A stretch of 64,000 nucleotides of DNA from Octopus sinensis (GCF_006345805.1 NC_043006.1:4960001-5024000), one strand, 5' to 3'; positions 1 through 12,027 are shown, numbered from the stretch's first letter. The notes: generated from the sequence alone by a model not told the origin. Numbers and translations are program-made.

Positions 1-748
1 AGCAAACGCACCTGATGCATGAGAGAGTTCGATGCAGCTGCCCTCATCTGCACCTCCTGCCGTGAAGTTGGTTCATCCGGGACACCTGACAGGAAGAGAT
101 CCAGTCCTACTTTAAAGACATCCGCATCTACACCATGCAGGTCCCTCAGGTTCTTCGGGAGGACATTGAAGAGCCGTGGGCCTCTGAAGCCCAGGCTATC
201 ACAATATCTTGTCCTACATCTTGATGGCAAATTTGGAGTCCTTGGTACTACGCAGAGTGGCGTCCGGTTCTGGCGTTTGTGTGACTCTCGATGCCAAAGT
301 GAGACAAGACCTTCCAGGATCTTCCAGATATATATTATGGCATATCTTTCTCGCCTACGCTCCAGGAAGGAATAGAGCTTTAATCTCTTGAGTCTCTCCC
401 AGTAGCTCGTATGCTGCACAGAGGCATCTTCTTCGTGTGCTTCGTTGGATCGCCTCAAGTTCTGTGATCAACTTGACACTGGATGGTGACCTAGCTGAGA
501 GAGCAATAGTCAAAGTGGCTAGAGACAGTGTCTTCCAGAGGACCATCATGGTTTCTTGTTTTCTTGTTCTAAAGGTTCTAAGAATCCATCCAGCCAGCCG
601 TCTGCATTTCATTGTCAGTTTAGCAACATGTACATGAAAGGTCGCGTCATCACTCATGTGTGATACCCAGGTCACGCACTGATTGTGCCTCTGGGATTGC
701 AATCCTTCCGGGTCCAGTGTATTCATTGGGTATTGCATGCAGTTTTGC
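1..748 (-). mobile_element. CR1/L2-group LINE, decayed 3' part of RT ORF
   Basis: Minus-strand translation with frameshifts gives [43 protein letters not shown] and RYCDSLGFRGPRLFNVLPKNLRDL..FKVGLDLFLSGVPDEP..RAAASNSL, typical of the RT C-terminus of this group. Confidence 0.8.
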
Positions 749-792
749 ATATATGTGTATATATATATATATATACACATATATATATATAT

Positions 793-828
<36 letters not shown>

Positions 829-843
829 CACATATATATATAA

Positions 844-881
<38 letters not shown>

Positions 882-882
882 C

Positions 883-913
<31 letters not shown>

Positions 914-1189
914 CATATATACATATATATATATATATACATATATATACATATATATAAATACATATATAATATATATAGATATATTATATATATATAT
1001 ATATATATTACATATATATATATACATATATATATATAACATATATATAAACATTATATATACATATATATATATACACACATATATATTATATACACAC
1101 TATATATATATATACATATATATATACATACATATATATATATATATATATATTATATAATATATATATATTATTACATATATATATAT
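749..1189. repeat. Imperfect (TA)n microsatellite
   Basis: Directly visible. Confidence 0.95.
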
Positions 1190-1412
1190 ATAATTAATCA
1201 AATAGGGTGGCAAAAAATTTTGTAGAATTTTTTTGCCACAGCGGCCTAGTGGGAAAAAATTAAATAGTCATAGACCATTTTTAATTCAACATCACAATCA
1301 AGGAACGGCCATAATAGGCCATTCACCCACTAGAAATAACAGCCAAAAGCTTCAACCGCAAAATAACATCAATTCCGTAAACCAGGAGAAAATTAAAAAA
1401 CTTTACCCTGTA

Positions 1413-1521
1413 ATTTCTTATACGATGCACCGTTTCATCCACTGTTTAATGGTAAACTAACCTGATTAAATTAAATCAAGCCAATCTACCATAGCCCTTA
1501 GATTCATCATCAGTAAGAAAT
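1413..1521 (-). ncRNA. Type I hammerhead motif, array copy 1 (3-nt TGA insertion after core)
   Basis: ATTTCTTA-CTGATGA-tga-ATCTA...TGGAT-GAAAC-GGTGCATC-GTA-TAAGAAAT. Confidence 0.6.
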
Positions 1522-1900
1522 AGCCAAGTCGGAACAGATATTTTTCACGAGGCATTCCCGTCCCTGCCTCGGCAATATCTGACCTAAAATTTTCAAATCA
1601 TCGCACTCGCGCCAAATTTATCGCAGCAAATAAATATAAGCCGCCGATTCCATTACGGAATTAACCAGAAAACTCATAATTAATCAATATAGGGTGGCAA
1701 AAAATTTTGTAGAATTTTTTTGCCACCAGCGGCCTAGTGGGAAAAAATTAAATAGTCATAGACCATTTTTAAGTTCAACATCACAATCAAGGAACGGCCA
1801 TAATAGGCATTCACCCACTAGAATAACAGCCAAAAGCTTCAACCGCAAAATAACATCAATTCCGTAAACCAGGAGAAAATTAAAAAACATTTACCCTGTA

Positions 1901-2008
1901 TTTTCTTATACGATGCACCGTTCATCACTGATGATGTAATGGAAACTAACCTGATTAAATTAAATCAAGCCAATCTAACATAGGCCCTTAGATTCATCAG
2001 TAAGAAAT
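1901..2008 (-). ncRNA. Type I hammerhead motif, array copy 2 (GAAA reads GAA; possibly a sequencing error)
   Basis: Same motif with one core A missing and indels in the helix II insert. Confidence 0.5.
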
Positions 2009-2386
2009 AGCCAAGTCGGAACAGATATTTTTCACGAGGCATTCCCGTCCCTGCCTCGGCAATATCTGACCTAAAATTTTCAAATCATCGCACTCGCGCC
2101 AAATTTATCGGCAGCAAATAATATAAGCCGCCGATTCCATTACGGAATTAACCAGAAAACTCATAATTAATCAATATAGGGTGGCAAAAAATTTTGTAGA
2201 ATTTTTTTGCCACAAGCGGCCTGTGGGAAAAAATTAAATAGTCATAGACCATTTTTAAGTTCAACATCACAATCAAGGAACGGCCATAATAGGCCATTCA
2301 CCCACTAGAAATAACAGCCAAAAGCTTCAACCGCAAAATAACATCAATTCCGTAAACCAGGAGAAAATAAAAAAACATACCCTGTA

Positions 2387-2495
2387 ATTTCTTATACGAT
2401 GCACCGTTTCATCCACTGATTTATGTAAACTAAAAACCTGATTAAATTAAAATCAAGACAATTACCATAGGCCCTTAGATTCATCAGTAAGAAAT
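2387..2495 (-). ncRNA. Type I hammerhead ribozyme, array copy 3 (intact core)
   Basis: Helix I ATTTCTTA/TAAGAAAT, CTGATGA, helix II ATCTA/TGGAT, GAAA, helix III ACGG/TCGT with TGCA loop, GUA triplet. Confidence 0.85.
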
Positions 2496-2872
2496 AGCAA
2501 GTCGGAACAGATATTTTTCACGAGGCATTCCCGTCCCTGCCTCGGATATCGACCTAAAATTTTCAAATCATCGCACTCGCGCCAAATTATCGCAGCAGCA
2601 AATAAATATAAGCCGCCGATTCCATTACGGAATTAACCAGAAAACTCATAATAATCAATATAGGTGGCAAAAAATTTTGTAGAATTTTTTTGCCACCAGC
2701 GGCCTAGTGGGAAAAAATTAAATAGTCATAGACCATTTTTAAGTTCAACATCACAATCAAGGAACGGCCATAATAGGCCATTCACCCACTAGAAATAACA
2801 GCCAAAAGCTTCAACCGCCAAATAAATAACTCAATTCCGTAAACCAGGAGAAAATAAAAAACATTACCCGTA

Positions 2873-2977
2873 ATTTCTTATACGATGCACCGTTTCATCC
2901 ACTGTTTAATGGTAAACTAACTGATTAAATTAATCAAGCCAATCTACCATAGGCCCTTAGATTCATCAGTAAGAAAT
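2873..2977 (-). ncRNA. Type I hammerhead ribozyme, array copy 4 (intact core)
   Basis: As copy 3; predicted cleavage between + positions 2881 and 2880. Confidence 0.85.
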
Positions 2978-3093
2978 AGCCAAGTCGGAACAGAATTTTT
3001 CACGAGGCATTCCCGTCCCTGCCTCGGCAATAGATCTGACCTAAAATTTTCAAATCATCGCACTCGCGCCAAATTTATCGGCAGCAAATAATA

Positions 3094-3117
3094 AAATATA
3101 TATACATATATATATAC

Positions 3118-3183
<66 letters not shown>

Positions 3184-3184
3184 A

Positions 3185-3238
<54 letters not shown>
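3094..3238. repeat. (TA)n microsatellite
   Basis: Directly visible. Confidence 0.95.
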
Positions 3239-3239
<1 letters not shown>

Positions 3240-3708
3240 ATCTTGAAACAATATCGGCATTTCTCTAGGAAAGTTTCCCCAAAATTGTAGACAAATCCAA
3301 AACTATTCCGAATTAATGCATCAAGAAAAATACTCTGGTTTTAGGTCCTCCTGGAATAAAACAATAACAGAAAGTAGCTGAAATAGATGGATAAGCTCTC
3401 CTTGTCATTCTCGCTCCTTTACATATGTACCACACTCACACACACACTTACGCACGCACACAAACACACACACACACACACACACATACACACACACACG
3501 CACACACAACACACACACACACACACACATTTTTCACTTATCTCTCTTAAAGGCCACTATGCAGACAGTATAACTGGTGCATTGTAATGATTTCTTATCT
3601 AAAATCACATCTTTCAAAAGTTAGCGTAGGGTTTAAAATGATATTGAAGGTAAAATATTATTCATTCTTTAATTATTTTATATTTAAATTTGTTATATCT
3701 ATAAAATT

Positions 3709-3828
3709 GGCCTGCTCGCTTAGCCAGCGGGGTGGCGTCATTTGAAGGCTAAAACAATGCGAAGCGCATTGTGACCAGCGATGTGTAGCAACATCTGATA
3801 GCCTGGTCGGTCACGTGATCACGTGATA
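3709..3828 (+). mobile_element. Short retroposon 3' tail homologous to the RTE LINE 3' end
   Basis: GCATTGTGACCAGCGATGTGTAGCAACATCTGATAGCCTGGTCG aligns to the minus strand of about 6235-6282 (GCATTGTGACCAGTGATAAATAGTAAAATCTGACAGTCTGGTCG). Confidence 0.6.
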
Positions 3829-4156
3829 TCTATAAAATAATCAGGTATCATTCGCTTTAAAATGAATCGTCAATATTTTCATAATGATTTAAATACATAT
3901 ACATACATACATAAATATATATAATACATACATATATACACACACACATATACACTCTTACAAATATCCATATACAAAGGAGTAGAGTATAACGTGTCCA
4001 CATATACGCAGGGGTTGTACGAGAAGAGGATGGGCACTAACATTCAGCGTTCAAGTACAGGTTTAATATTTTGCGTTTTCTATTTCACCCCAATTCATTA
4101 AGATGCATATATGTATGTATGTATGCATGCATGTATGTATGTATGTTATGTATGTA

Positions 4157-4543
4157 GTGGAGGCGCAATGGCCCAGTGGTTAGGGCAGCGGACTCGCGGT
4201 CGTAGGATCGCGGTTTCTATTCCCAGACCGAGCGTTGTGAGTGTTTATTGAGCAAAAACACCTAAAAGCTCCACGAGGCTCCGGCAGGGGATGGTGGTGA
4301 TCCCTGCTGTACTCTTTCACCACAACTTTCTCTCACTCTTACTCCCTGTTTCTATTGTACCTGTATTTCAAAGGGCCGGCTTTGTCACTCTCTGTGTCAG
4401 GCTGAATATCCCCGAGAACTGCGTTAAGTGTACACGTGTCTGTGGAGTGCTCAGCCACTTACACGTTAATTTCACGAGCAGGCTGTTCCGTTGATTCGGA
4501 TCAACTGGAACCCTCGTCGTCGTAACCGACGGAGTGCTTCCAT
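4157..4543 (+). mobile_element. tRNA-derived SINE, family A, full length
   Basis: A-box TGGCCCAGTGG, B-box-like GGTTTCTATTCC; paralogs at 11571, 43270 and 57836. Confidence 0.85.
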
Positions 4544-4943
4544 CCCATGTATGTATGTATGTATGTATGTATGTATGTATGTATGTATGTATGTATGTAT
4601 GTATGTATGAATGTGTGTATGTGTGTATGTATGTATGTATGTATGAATGTGTGTATGTGTGTATGTGTGTATGTATGCATGTATGGTGTATGTATGTATG
4701 TAGATGTGTGTGAGTGTGTGTAATGTGCATGTGTGTACATGTGTATATTCTTTACTCTTTTACTTGTTAGACTGCGGTGTAGATGGACATTACCGAGAAG
4801 GATTTTTATATCACCAGTAATTATTTTAATAATTAATGAGAACGAAAAGAGACCAGCACCAGCTGTCAAGCCATGAATTACAAGTGCGTACATGTGTGTA
4901 TATATAAATGCCAAGGGAAATAACCCATTCGCCCCTGGGATGA

Positions 4944-5609
4944 TCCTTATATATAGCCAAGGGAAATAACCCATTCATTTTCCAAAATTATTTGGTATAA
5001 ATCAAATTGAGTATGCTTATTTCTTAGTATTGAACAGTTAGAGTTATTTTCGCAATTTATCCAGTACAACCCTTAAACAAGGAAATAGCATTTTCCCAAA
5101 CAACAGATCCACTTATTTCGGTTAGTGACTTATTCGCGAATATACCAACACTAGCGCCCCTGAGGGTAATATTCTCTGGGAATGCACAAAGCACTTTTCA
5201 GAGTTATTTACTTTAAATTGTTATTATCTCATATCTGATTAGCCAGATATTACGTAACATACTTCACAATTTTAGCATACATACCTTATTAGTATTTCCT
5301 CCCATGGTCTATATACTCTGGGAACGCATTCAAGCCCTTTTCGGGGCTACTTTATTTGAATTCTTATTATCGGGTAACTAATTTCAAGTTATCACATAAC
5401 TGACTTCACAATTTGGGTATTCATAACTTATTAGGAATTCCTAAAATCAAGACCCTGTGTAAGCTGGTTCGGTATTCTCTGTAAATGCGCAAAAACCGTT
5501 TTAAGGGCTACATACTGTGTATTGTTGTTATTGGATTAGCGAAACAATTATGAGAACGGAACTAAGGGATAAGCCCCGCTTTTGCGGAATTACCGGGTAC
5601 GTCAGCTAG
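4944..5609 (+). mobile_element. Possible non-autonomous Helitron-like element
   Basis: A|TC start, subterminal hairpin CCGC-TTTT-GCGG, CTAG|T end, degenerate ~145-bp internal repeats near 5170, 5315 and 5475. Confidence 0.45.
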
Positions 5610-5625
5610 TATATATATATATATA

Positions 5626-5840
5626 TATTTCTTTACTACCCACAAGGGGCTAAACACAGAGGAGAAAAACAAGGACAGACAAAGGGATTAAGTCGACTAC
5701 ATCGACCCCAGTGCGTAACTGGTACTTAATTTATCAACCCCGAAAGGATGAAAGGCAAAGTCGACCTCGGCGGAATTTGAACTCGGAACGTAACGACAGA
5801 CGAAATAGGGCTACGAATTTCGCCCGGCGTGCTAACGTTT
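5626..5840 (-). mobile_element. SINE family C
   Basis: B-box GAGTTC(A/C)AAATTCC, body GTCGACTTTGCCTTTCATCCTTTCGGGG, tail GTAAAGAAATA; many paralogs in window. Confidence 0.85.
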
Positions 5841-6160
5841 CACTTGTTTCAGTCATTGGACTGCGGCCATGCTGAGGCACCATCTTGAAGAATTTTAGTT
5901 GAACGAATTGACCTCAGTACTCATTCTTTGAATCTGTGGAATTGCGATGTTGCGGTGAAGTAAACACTCCAACACAAGTTGTTAAGCGGTGGTGGAGACT
6001 AACACTGACACAGAAGCACAACATTCAGATATAGATCTCTCTCTCTCTCTCTTTCTCTTTCTCTCTCAATATGTGTGTGTGTGTGTGTGTGTGACGCAAT
6101 GGGACTGAACCTGGAACAACGTGGCGGGGAAGTAAAATTTTTAGTACACATCCACGCCTA
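5841..6160 (-). mobile_element. SINE family B, degenerate
   Basis: Tail CAGCATGGCCGCAGTCCAATGACTGAAACAAGT plus head remnant around an internal microsatellite. Confidence 0.6.
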
Positions 6161-6227
6161 TGTATATACATACATGTTTGTGTTTGTCTGTGTATGCGTG
6201 TATGTATGTATATGAATGTATCACAGT

Positions 6228-7135
6228 TTCACTGTGTCGACCAGACTGTCAGATTTTACTATTTATCACTGGTCACAATGCACTTCCAATTCTTTCTTGA
6301 TTTCGCTACTCTTTTATATATTGTCTCAAATCGCTTACCACAACGATCTTCCCATCGACATGGAGGCCTTCTGGGTGGGCTTTTCCGATCTCTTGGACAC
6401 CACTCGGAAACTGCAAAAGTCCACGTGTTGTCTCTGAACCTTGTGACATGACTGGCCTAGTGGAGCTTGTGCTCTCCATATTCTGCCACCACGTAGTTCA
6501 ATCGGCCCCGTTCTCGAATCATCTCATTTCTAAATGCTCCCACAATGATATTTCTAGCAGGCAGCATTCCAGAATCCTTTGAGTCGTAGCTAATTGATAA
6601 TATTCCTTCATTACAGTAGTCCACATCTCACTTGCGTATAAGAGCACAGGAAGAACGGTGTTGTTGAAGAATGTGGTACGTATCGTCTTGTCCTCCTCTA
6701 CTTTGAGCACAACTTTTATTGAGGTAAAAGTCTTCCATCCTACCGTTATTTTCTCAGTGCACATTCACTGGGTTCCTTAAATAGACGAACACCTTTGCCT
6801 CTTCGATTTTATCTCTCCCTGCCACCTTTACTCGCCCTTGTGTTTCGTCTCCGGATTGCGTGTATTTTATTTTCAGGCGATTCATTTTAAGACCTAGCTG
6901 TAGCTGTTTAGGTCTGTCAGCATGTTTTGCAGCTGATCTGTGGCTTCGGCAATGAGTTCACTGCCATCTGCGAATCGGGGGTGTCTTACTAGATCACCAT
7001 TGATGTTCACACCACCTGCCCAATCAATGTCTCTGATGACCATTCCGGGACATGTGGTGAAGAGCTTTGGAGTGATGATATATCCTTGCTTGATGCCGTT
7101 CCCAATTAGAACTCTTATCTGGCGATAGCAGAGCT
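6228..7135 (-). mobile_element. RTE-clade LINE, 5'-truncated, decayed RT to 3' end
   Basis: GIKQGYIITPKLF..INGDLVRHPRFADG; FNNTVLPVLLYASEMW; ASHVTRFRDNTWT..EWCPRDRK..RPPCRWED. Confidence 0.85.
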
Positions 7136-7150
7136 ACATAAGTGGTGCGA

Positions 7151-7188
<38 letters not shown>

Positions 7189-7327
7189 TATATATATATT
7201 AATATATATACATATATATATATATACATATATATACATATTACATTATATACATAATATATATATATATATATATATACATACATATATAATACATATA
7301 TATATTATAGATACATATAGTATATAT

Positions 7328-7373
<46 letters not shown>

Positions 7374-7420
7374 TATATATATATATATATATATAGCTAT
7401 ATATATATATATATATTATA

Positions 7421-7612
7421 GGGAGAGTTTACGAAAAACAAAAAAGAAGACAGGTGGTGTAGAAAACAAATAGATGTATTAGTATAACGCTCAGGAATAG
7501 AAAAAGTCTTTTACGTTTTGAGCCTACACTCTTCTACAGAAAGGGACACAGAAAAAAACAAGGAGAGAAAAAAAGGAGAGAAAAAAATGTGTGTAGTGGC
7601 TTACAATCTATC
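7421..7612 (-). mobile_element. (TA)n-associated PLE-tail-like repeat with variant hammerhead-like motif (CTGTAGA core)
   Basis: Paralogs at 39117 and 57596; motif at 7508-7543, with GAAAC mutated in this copy. Confidence 0.6.
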
Positions 7613-7613
<1 letters not shown>

Positions 7614-7700
<87 letters not shown>

Positions 7701-7800
7701 ATAGATAAATAGAAATATAGACAGATACAAAGATAGATAGATAGATAAATAAATTAATTGATTGATAAGTAGAAAGATAAATAGGTAGATAGACGGATAC
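7614..7800. repeat. (GATA)n microsatellite
   Basis: Directly visible. Confidence 0.9.
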
Positions 7801-8045
7801 AATCCCATCGTTGGAGTTGTAATAATATAACCAAATCTCTGTCATGGTTTTGTGTTCGTAATTGTAAATGGCGGGGAATGAAGAAAGCGATGACTGGAGT
7901 CTGTATTGCGTGTGTCTATCTCTTTAACGTTTCGGTAAATTATGAACGGTTACACATGGGGTGGATTCAGAGGTTCTAGTTTTAACAAGGGATTGATCCA
8001 CAATCAGAAATATGGGACAGATTCGATTGGAATCTGATAATTCTC

Positions 8046-8182
8046 TACTTGTTTCAGTCATTTGGCTGCGGTCATGCTGGAGCACCGTCTTTAGTCGAAC
8101 AAATCGTCCCCGGGACTTACTCTTTGTAAGCCTTGTACTTATTCTATCGGTCTCTTTTGTCGATCCGCTAAGTTACGGAGAT
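8046..8182 (-). mobile_element. SINE family B, 3' fragment
   Basis: Matches the 3' half of the 17572 and 24325 copies. Confidence 0.75.
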
Positions 8183-9016
8183 GTGTGCTGTTGTGGCATT
8201 CATCTGCTCTCTAGAAACCAATGTGGTTCGAAAAATACATGAGACCATTAATCTATGGACCATTAATAAGGAGTTTGCAAATCCAGTCCCCGAGATACAC
8301 TTTCAGCTTCATACCTGTAATTGTTGGAGCAACAGGATACACACCAATCCGTCTGGAGTAGGTTATGGCTGAAACTGGGATCTTAGGGAGAGAATTGAAA
8401 TTCCTAATTCATACACTACAAATGATCACGATTTCTTGGACTATAAAGATCTGCAAGACCTTAAAATTTAAAGGAGGATGAACAAAACAAGATACCTTAA
8501 CAACTTTGTTACCAAATAGATGGGCGGCCAAAATTTACTTTAAATTAAAAAGAGAAGGATACCCTCTCCTCCCCACGTATATACTCATGTCTGCATGTGT
8601 ATGTGAGAATAATTCTGATATACTCTCTTGTGATGCTATAAGTGTGAAGTAGCTACAATAAATTATACACTATTATAAAAAAAAATTAACTTGGAAATTA
8701 TTATTAATTTCTATGTGACTCGAGTATTATTAATCAGGAGTTGACAAGGGGAAAATGTGACAATGGTTTTTGCTGATTTGATTTATATATCATAAGTTAA
8801 AATACATAACACTGACGAAAGACATGTGTCATTAGAAAGAGGTTTGTGACTTCATGATTTTTCTTGCATTATTCCTTATAGCGTGTAATTCTTATAATAC
8901 ATAATAGCATTCACATACTGCGTAGATAACTGCAATTATTTCTTCGTCAGCAATTGGCTGTGAAATACTGATGATATAAATGGCAAAAATCTGATAAAAC
9001 CATTTACACGCACGCA

Positions 9017-9106
<90 letters not shown>

Positions 9107-9217
9107 AACAAACAAACCTACATAAACACATTCGCATACAAGCACTAAGACATATACATCCACGAAACGCTTACAATTATGTGTGTGTATATATATATGT
9201 GTGTGTGTGTATATATG

Positions 9218-9316
<99 letters not shown>

Positions 9317-9652
9317 CACGTATATATATGTTTATTTGAGCGTGTGTGTATGTATATACACATTCAGACACACACATACATGTATATATATGTGCGTGTA
9401 TGTGTATTTATGCATGTAGGTGAAAATGTACATTTATACATCAATAGATATGCACAAACGCACACATCTATGCATATATATATATATATATATATATAAG
9501 TGTGTGTGTGTTTATGTATGTATATATGCATATTTATGACTGCACACCCAGATATACATCTTCATTTCTACTTAGCCATCCATATGCAATTAATACATTT
9601 CGCTAACTAACTCATTTTACACACCCCAATATATACACACAGACACATATAT

Positions 9653-9709
<57 letters not shown>

Positions 9710-11570
9710 CCCTTACATATACGAATATAAATACGTAATATGTTACACAATGCATAGACGCATGAACATAGACAAAACCAGAAAAAAACTGCAACCATAC
9801 AGTTTGCCTTATTTTCACCCATTTTGATAATTCGCTATATTCCAGTGATAAAAAAGTAGTTTGTAATTACATCTGCAAAACAATTCCTATTCTTTCATGC
9901 CGACTGTTCCTCTAATTCTAAGCGACTGTCTGGCAGGTATAGCCATCAAACCCCCTCCCCATTGATCACCAGTGCCGAACTAATGTCGTGAAAAACCGAC
10001 CCTACCCTCCTCTTTGCTGCCTCTTATCAGATAAAGATCATTCTACCCATTTTAAGGTTCTCTAGAAAACTACATTTCTCTCTTCTCTTTTATTTCCTAC
10101 TTACTAGAGCAGGTTTCTCTGCCTGAACAACTCACCGTTCTAGCTTCCTATTTCACCAGCTGTCTCAACCAACCGTCTGCTTAACTTACAAACTATGGCC
10201 TTTTTTTCTCCATCAACGATTAGCGTTGTTTTGTTTCTTTATCTTTTGTTCGTTTTATCTTTTCTCTTTTACGTTTTACTACACTTGAATTCTTTTTACA
10301 CAACTCTTTTAAGAAACTGGCTTTCAGCTCATTTTCTCTTCCATCATATTTCTATACAAAAGTAATTATTGTCTCTGCACCCACTAGCACATACCCCAAT
10401 GAAATCATATATTGTCTATGTCAGTGTATCTTAACTTTATTCTTCTATATGCATCATAGTTTTCCGTATCCGGAGTCTTTCACGCCTAACCAAGTGTATG
10501 AATTCTAATATTTTATTTGTGACATTTTTTTTTTAAAAGACAAATTTGATTTAGTTTGATTTCAGGTAATCATCCATTTTCATTCACATGAATAATTTTC
10601 ATGATCTTCAATTTTCAAATATAAAACTGACTTTATTGTTTGAAGATGACACAAATTTCCTCGCAGAAAAAAAATTTGCTAACCGGCTGTTTGTTTCGAA
10701 AATTTACAGACATGAATTTATACTTACAGACTCATAAAATCCTAATAAAGTACAACATTTATCAGACACCTGTACAGTAACTACTAAATATTATACAGTA
10801 TTGACCAATCATAATACAGTACAGAATCTACCAAACTTAATATCGTGCAGTATTCATCATATCATAGTAGAATATCTGCCAAACTCATTATGGGCAGCCT
10901 CGATACCAGTAAGCTGTGGTATACATGTAGAACGGGAATGTTTTTGGTAATCTTTGATTTTCGTTACATTCGTATTGTCACTTATTTATAAAATGCAAGG
11001 TGAAACAAGCAACGTATCATGTGTGATCGGTGCCGAAGACAGAGTTTTAGTGTTAAAAACTAATGTTACAAATTTGTCACAAACTTCTTTGCATCCGGGC
11101 AAAGCACCATTTCCAACATTTTTCCCTTAAATTGTTAAAGAATAAGTATCTAAATAAAATTAATTGTGGAAGTGAAGATATTTATCGATTCAGGCTAATT
11201 TAACTCTAACAGAAGCATTACTGATAACAAATGCAGAATTTTAGCTACTTTCGCTAAACATGTGGCATTCACTTACTGTCACATACAAAACGATCGCCAG
11301 TGAAAAGATAGACGCCCTCATTCATCTACAATCTGCATTCTCACTAAAGTCCTAAACACCTTAGCTTTCCGATACCTTTATTGGATAAGCAGATTACTCT
11401 TACCCTCTACTACTACAAGGTTATCAAGGAAGAAATTGAAGCTACGATCTGGTTTGTTTCTCGTTTTGCTTCGATTTTGTCTCGGAATATCTGTTCCGTC
11501 CAAGATATGAAAACATGCAAGAGTATATTCCGTTCCGAAGGAAAAAGAAACCTTTTCTGTTCTACAATCT

Positions 11571-11955
11571 TAGAGACACTCCGTCGGTTACGACGACGAG
11601 GGTTCCGGTTGATCCGAATCAACGGAACAGCTTGCTCGTGAAATTAACGTGTAAGTGGCTGAGCACTCCACAGACACGTGTACCCTTAACGTAGTTCTCA
11701 GGGATATTCAGCGTGACACAGAGAGTGACAAGGCCGGCTCTTTGAAATACAGGTACAACAGAAACAGGAAGTAAGAGTGAGTGAAAGTTGTGGTGAAAGA
11801 GTACAGCAGGGATCACCACCATCCCTTGCCGGAGCCTCGTGGAGCTTTAGGTGTTTTCGCTCAATAAACACTCACAACGCCCGGTCTGGGAATCGAAACC
11901 GCGATCCTATGACCGCGAGTCCGCTGCCTTAACCATTGGGCCATTGCGCCTCCTC
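11571..11955 (-). mobile_element. SINE family A, full length, 10-bp TSD
   Basis: TSD TCTACAATCT at 11561-11570 and 11956-11965. Confidence 0.9.
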
Positions 11956-12027
11956 TCTACAATCTAAAGATCGATGTTTCTCACTTCCAATATTGCAAAG
12001 ATGGTGTAACAATGTTAGACAACCATA

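Larger units (their letters stand above)
1190..3093 (-). mobile_element. Tandem array of ~3.9 x ~487-bp hammerhead-containing units (retrozyme-like / PLE pLTR-like array)
   Basis: Units start near 1190, 1678, 2165 and 2650; predicted cleavage sites near 1420, 1908, 2394 and 2880 (spacing 488/486/486); flanked on both sides by (TA)n. Confidence 0.85.

Noticed and set aside
1233-1460. 75-aa ORF in array copy 1
   Set aside because: Non-ATG start, not preserved across copies, no recognisable motif
1190-3093. CRISPR-like or plain satellite interpretation; a second ribozyme on the plus strand
   Set aside because: No unique spacers and the unit is far too long for CRISPR; no CUGANGA/GAAA core found on the plus strand
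4157-4230. tRNA gene (also at 11880-11955 and 57836-57905)
   Set aside because: tRNA-like heads continue into shared SINE bodies, one with a TSD; these are SINE heads
8810-8845. CTGACGA/CTGATGA words here and at about 7034, 54189, 60773 and 62150
   Set aside because: No compatible helix II, GAAAC or helix I partner; not hammerheads
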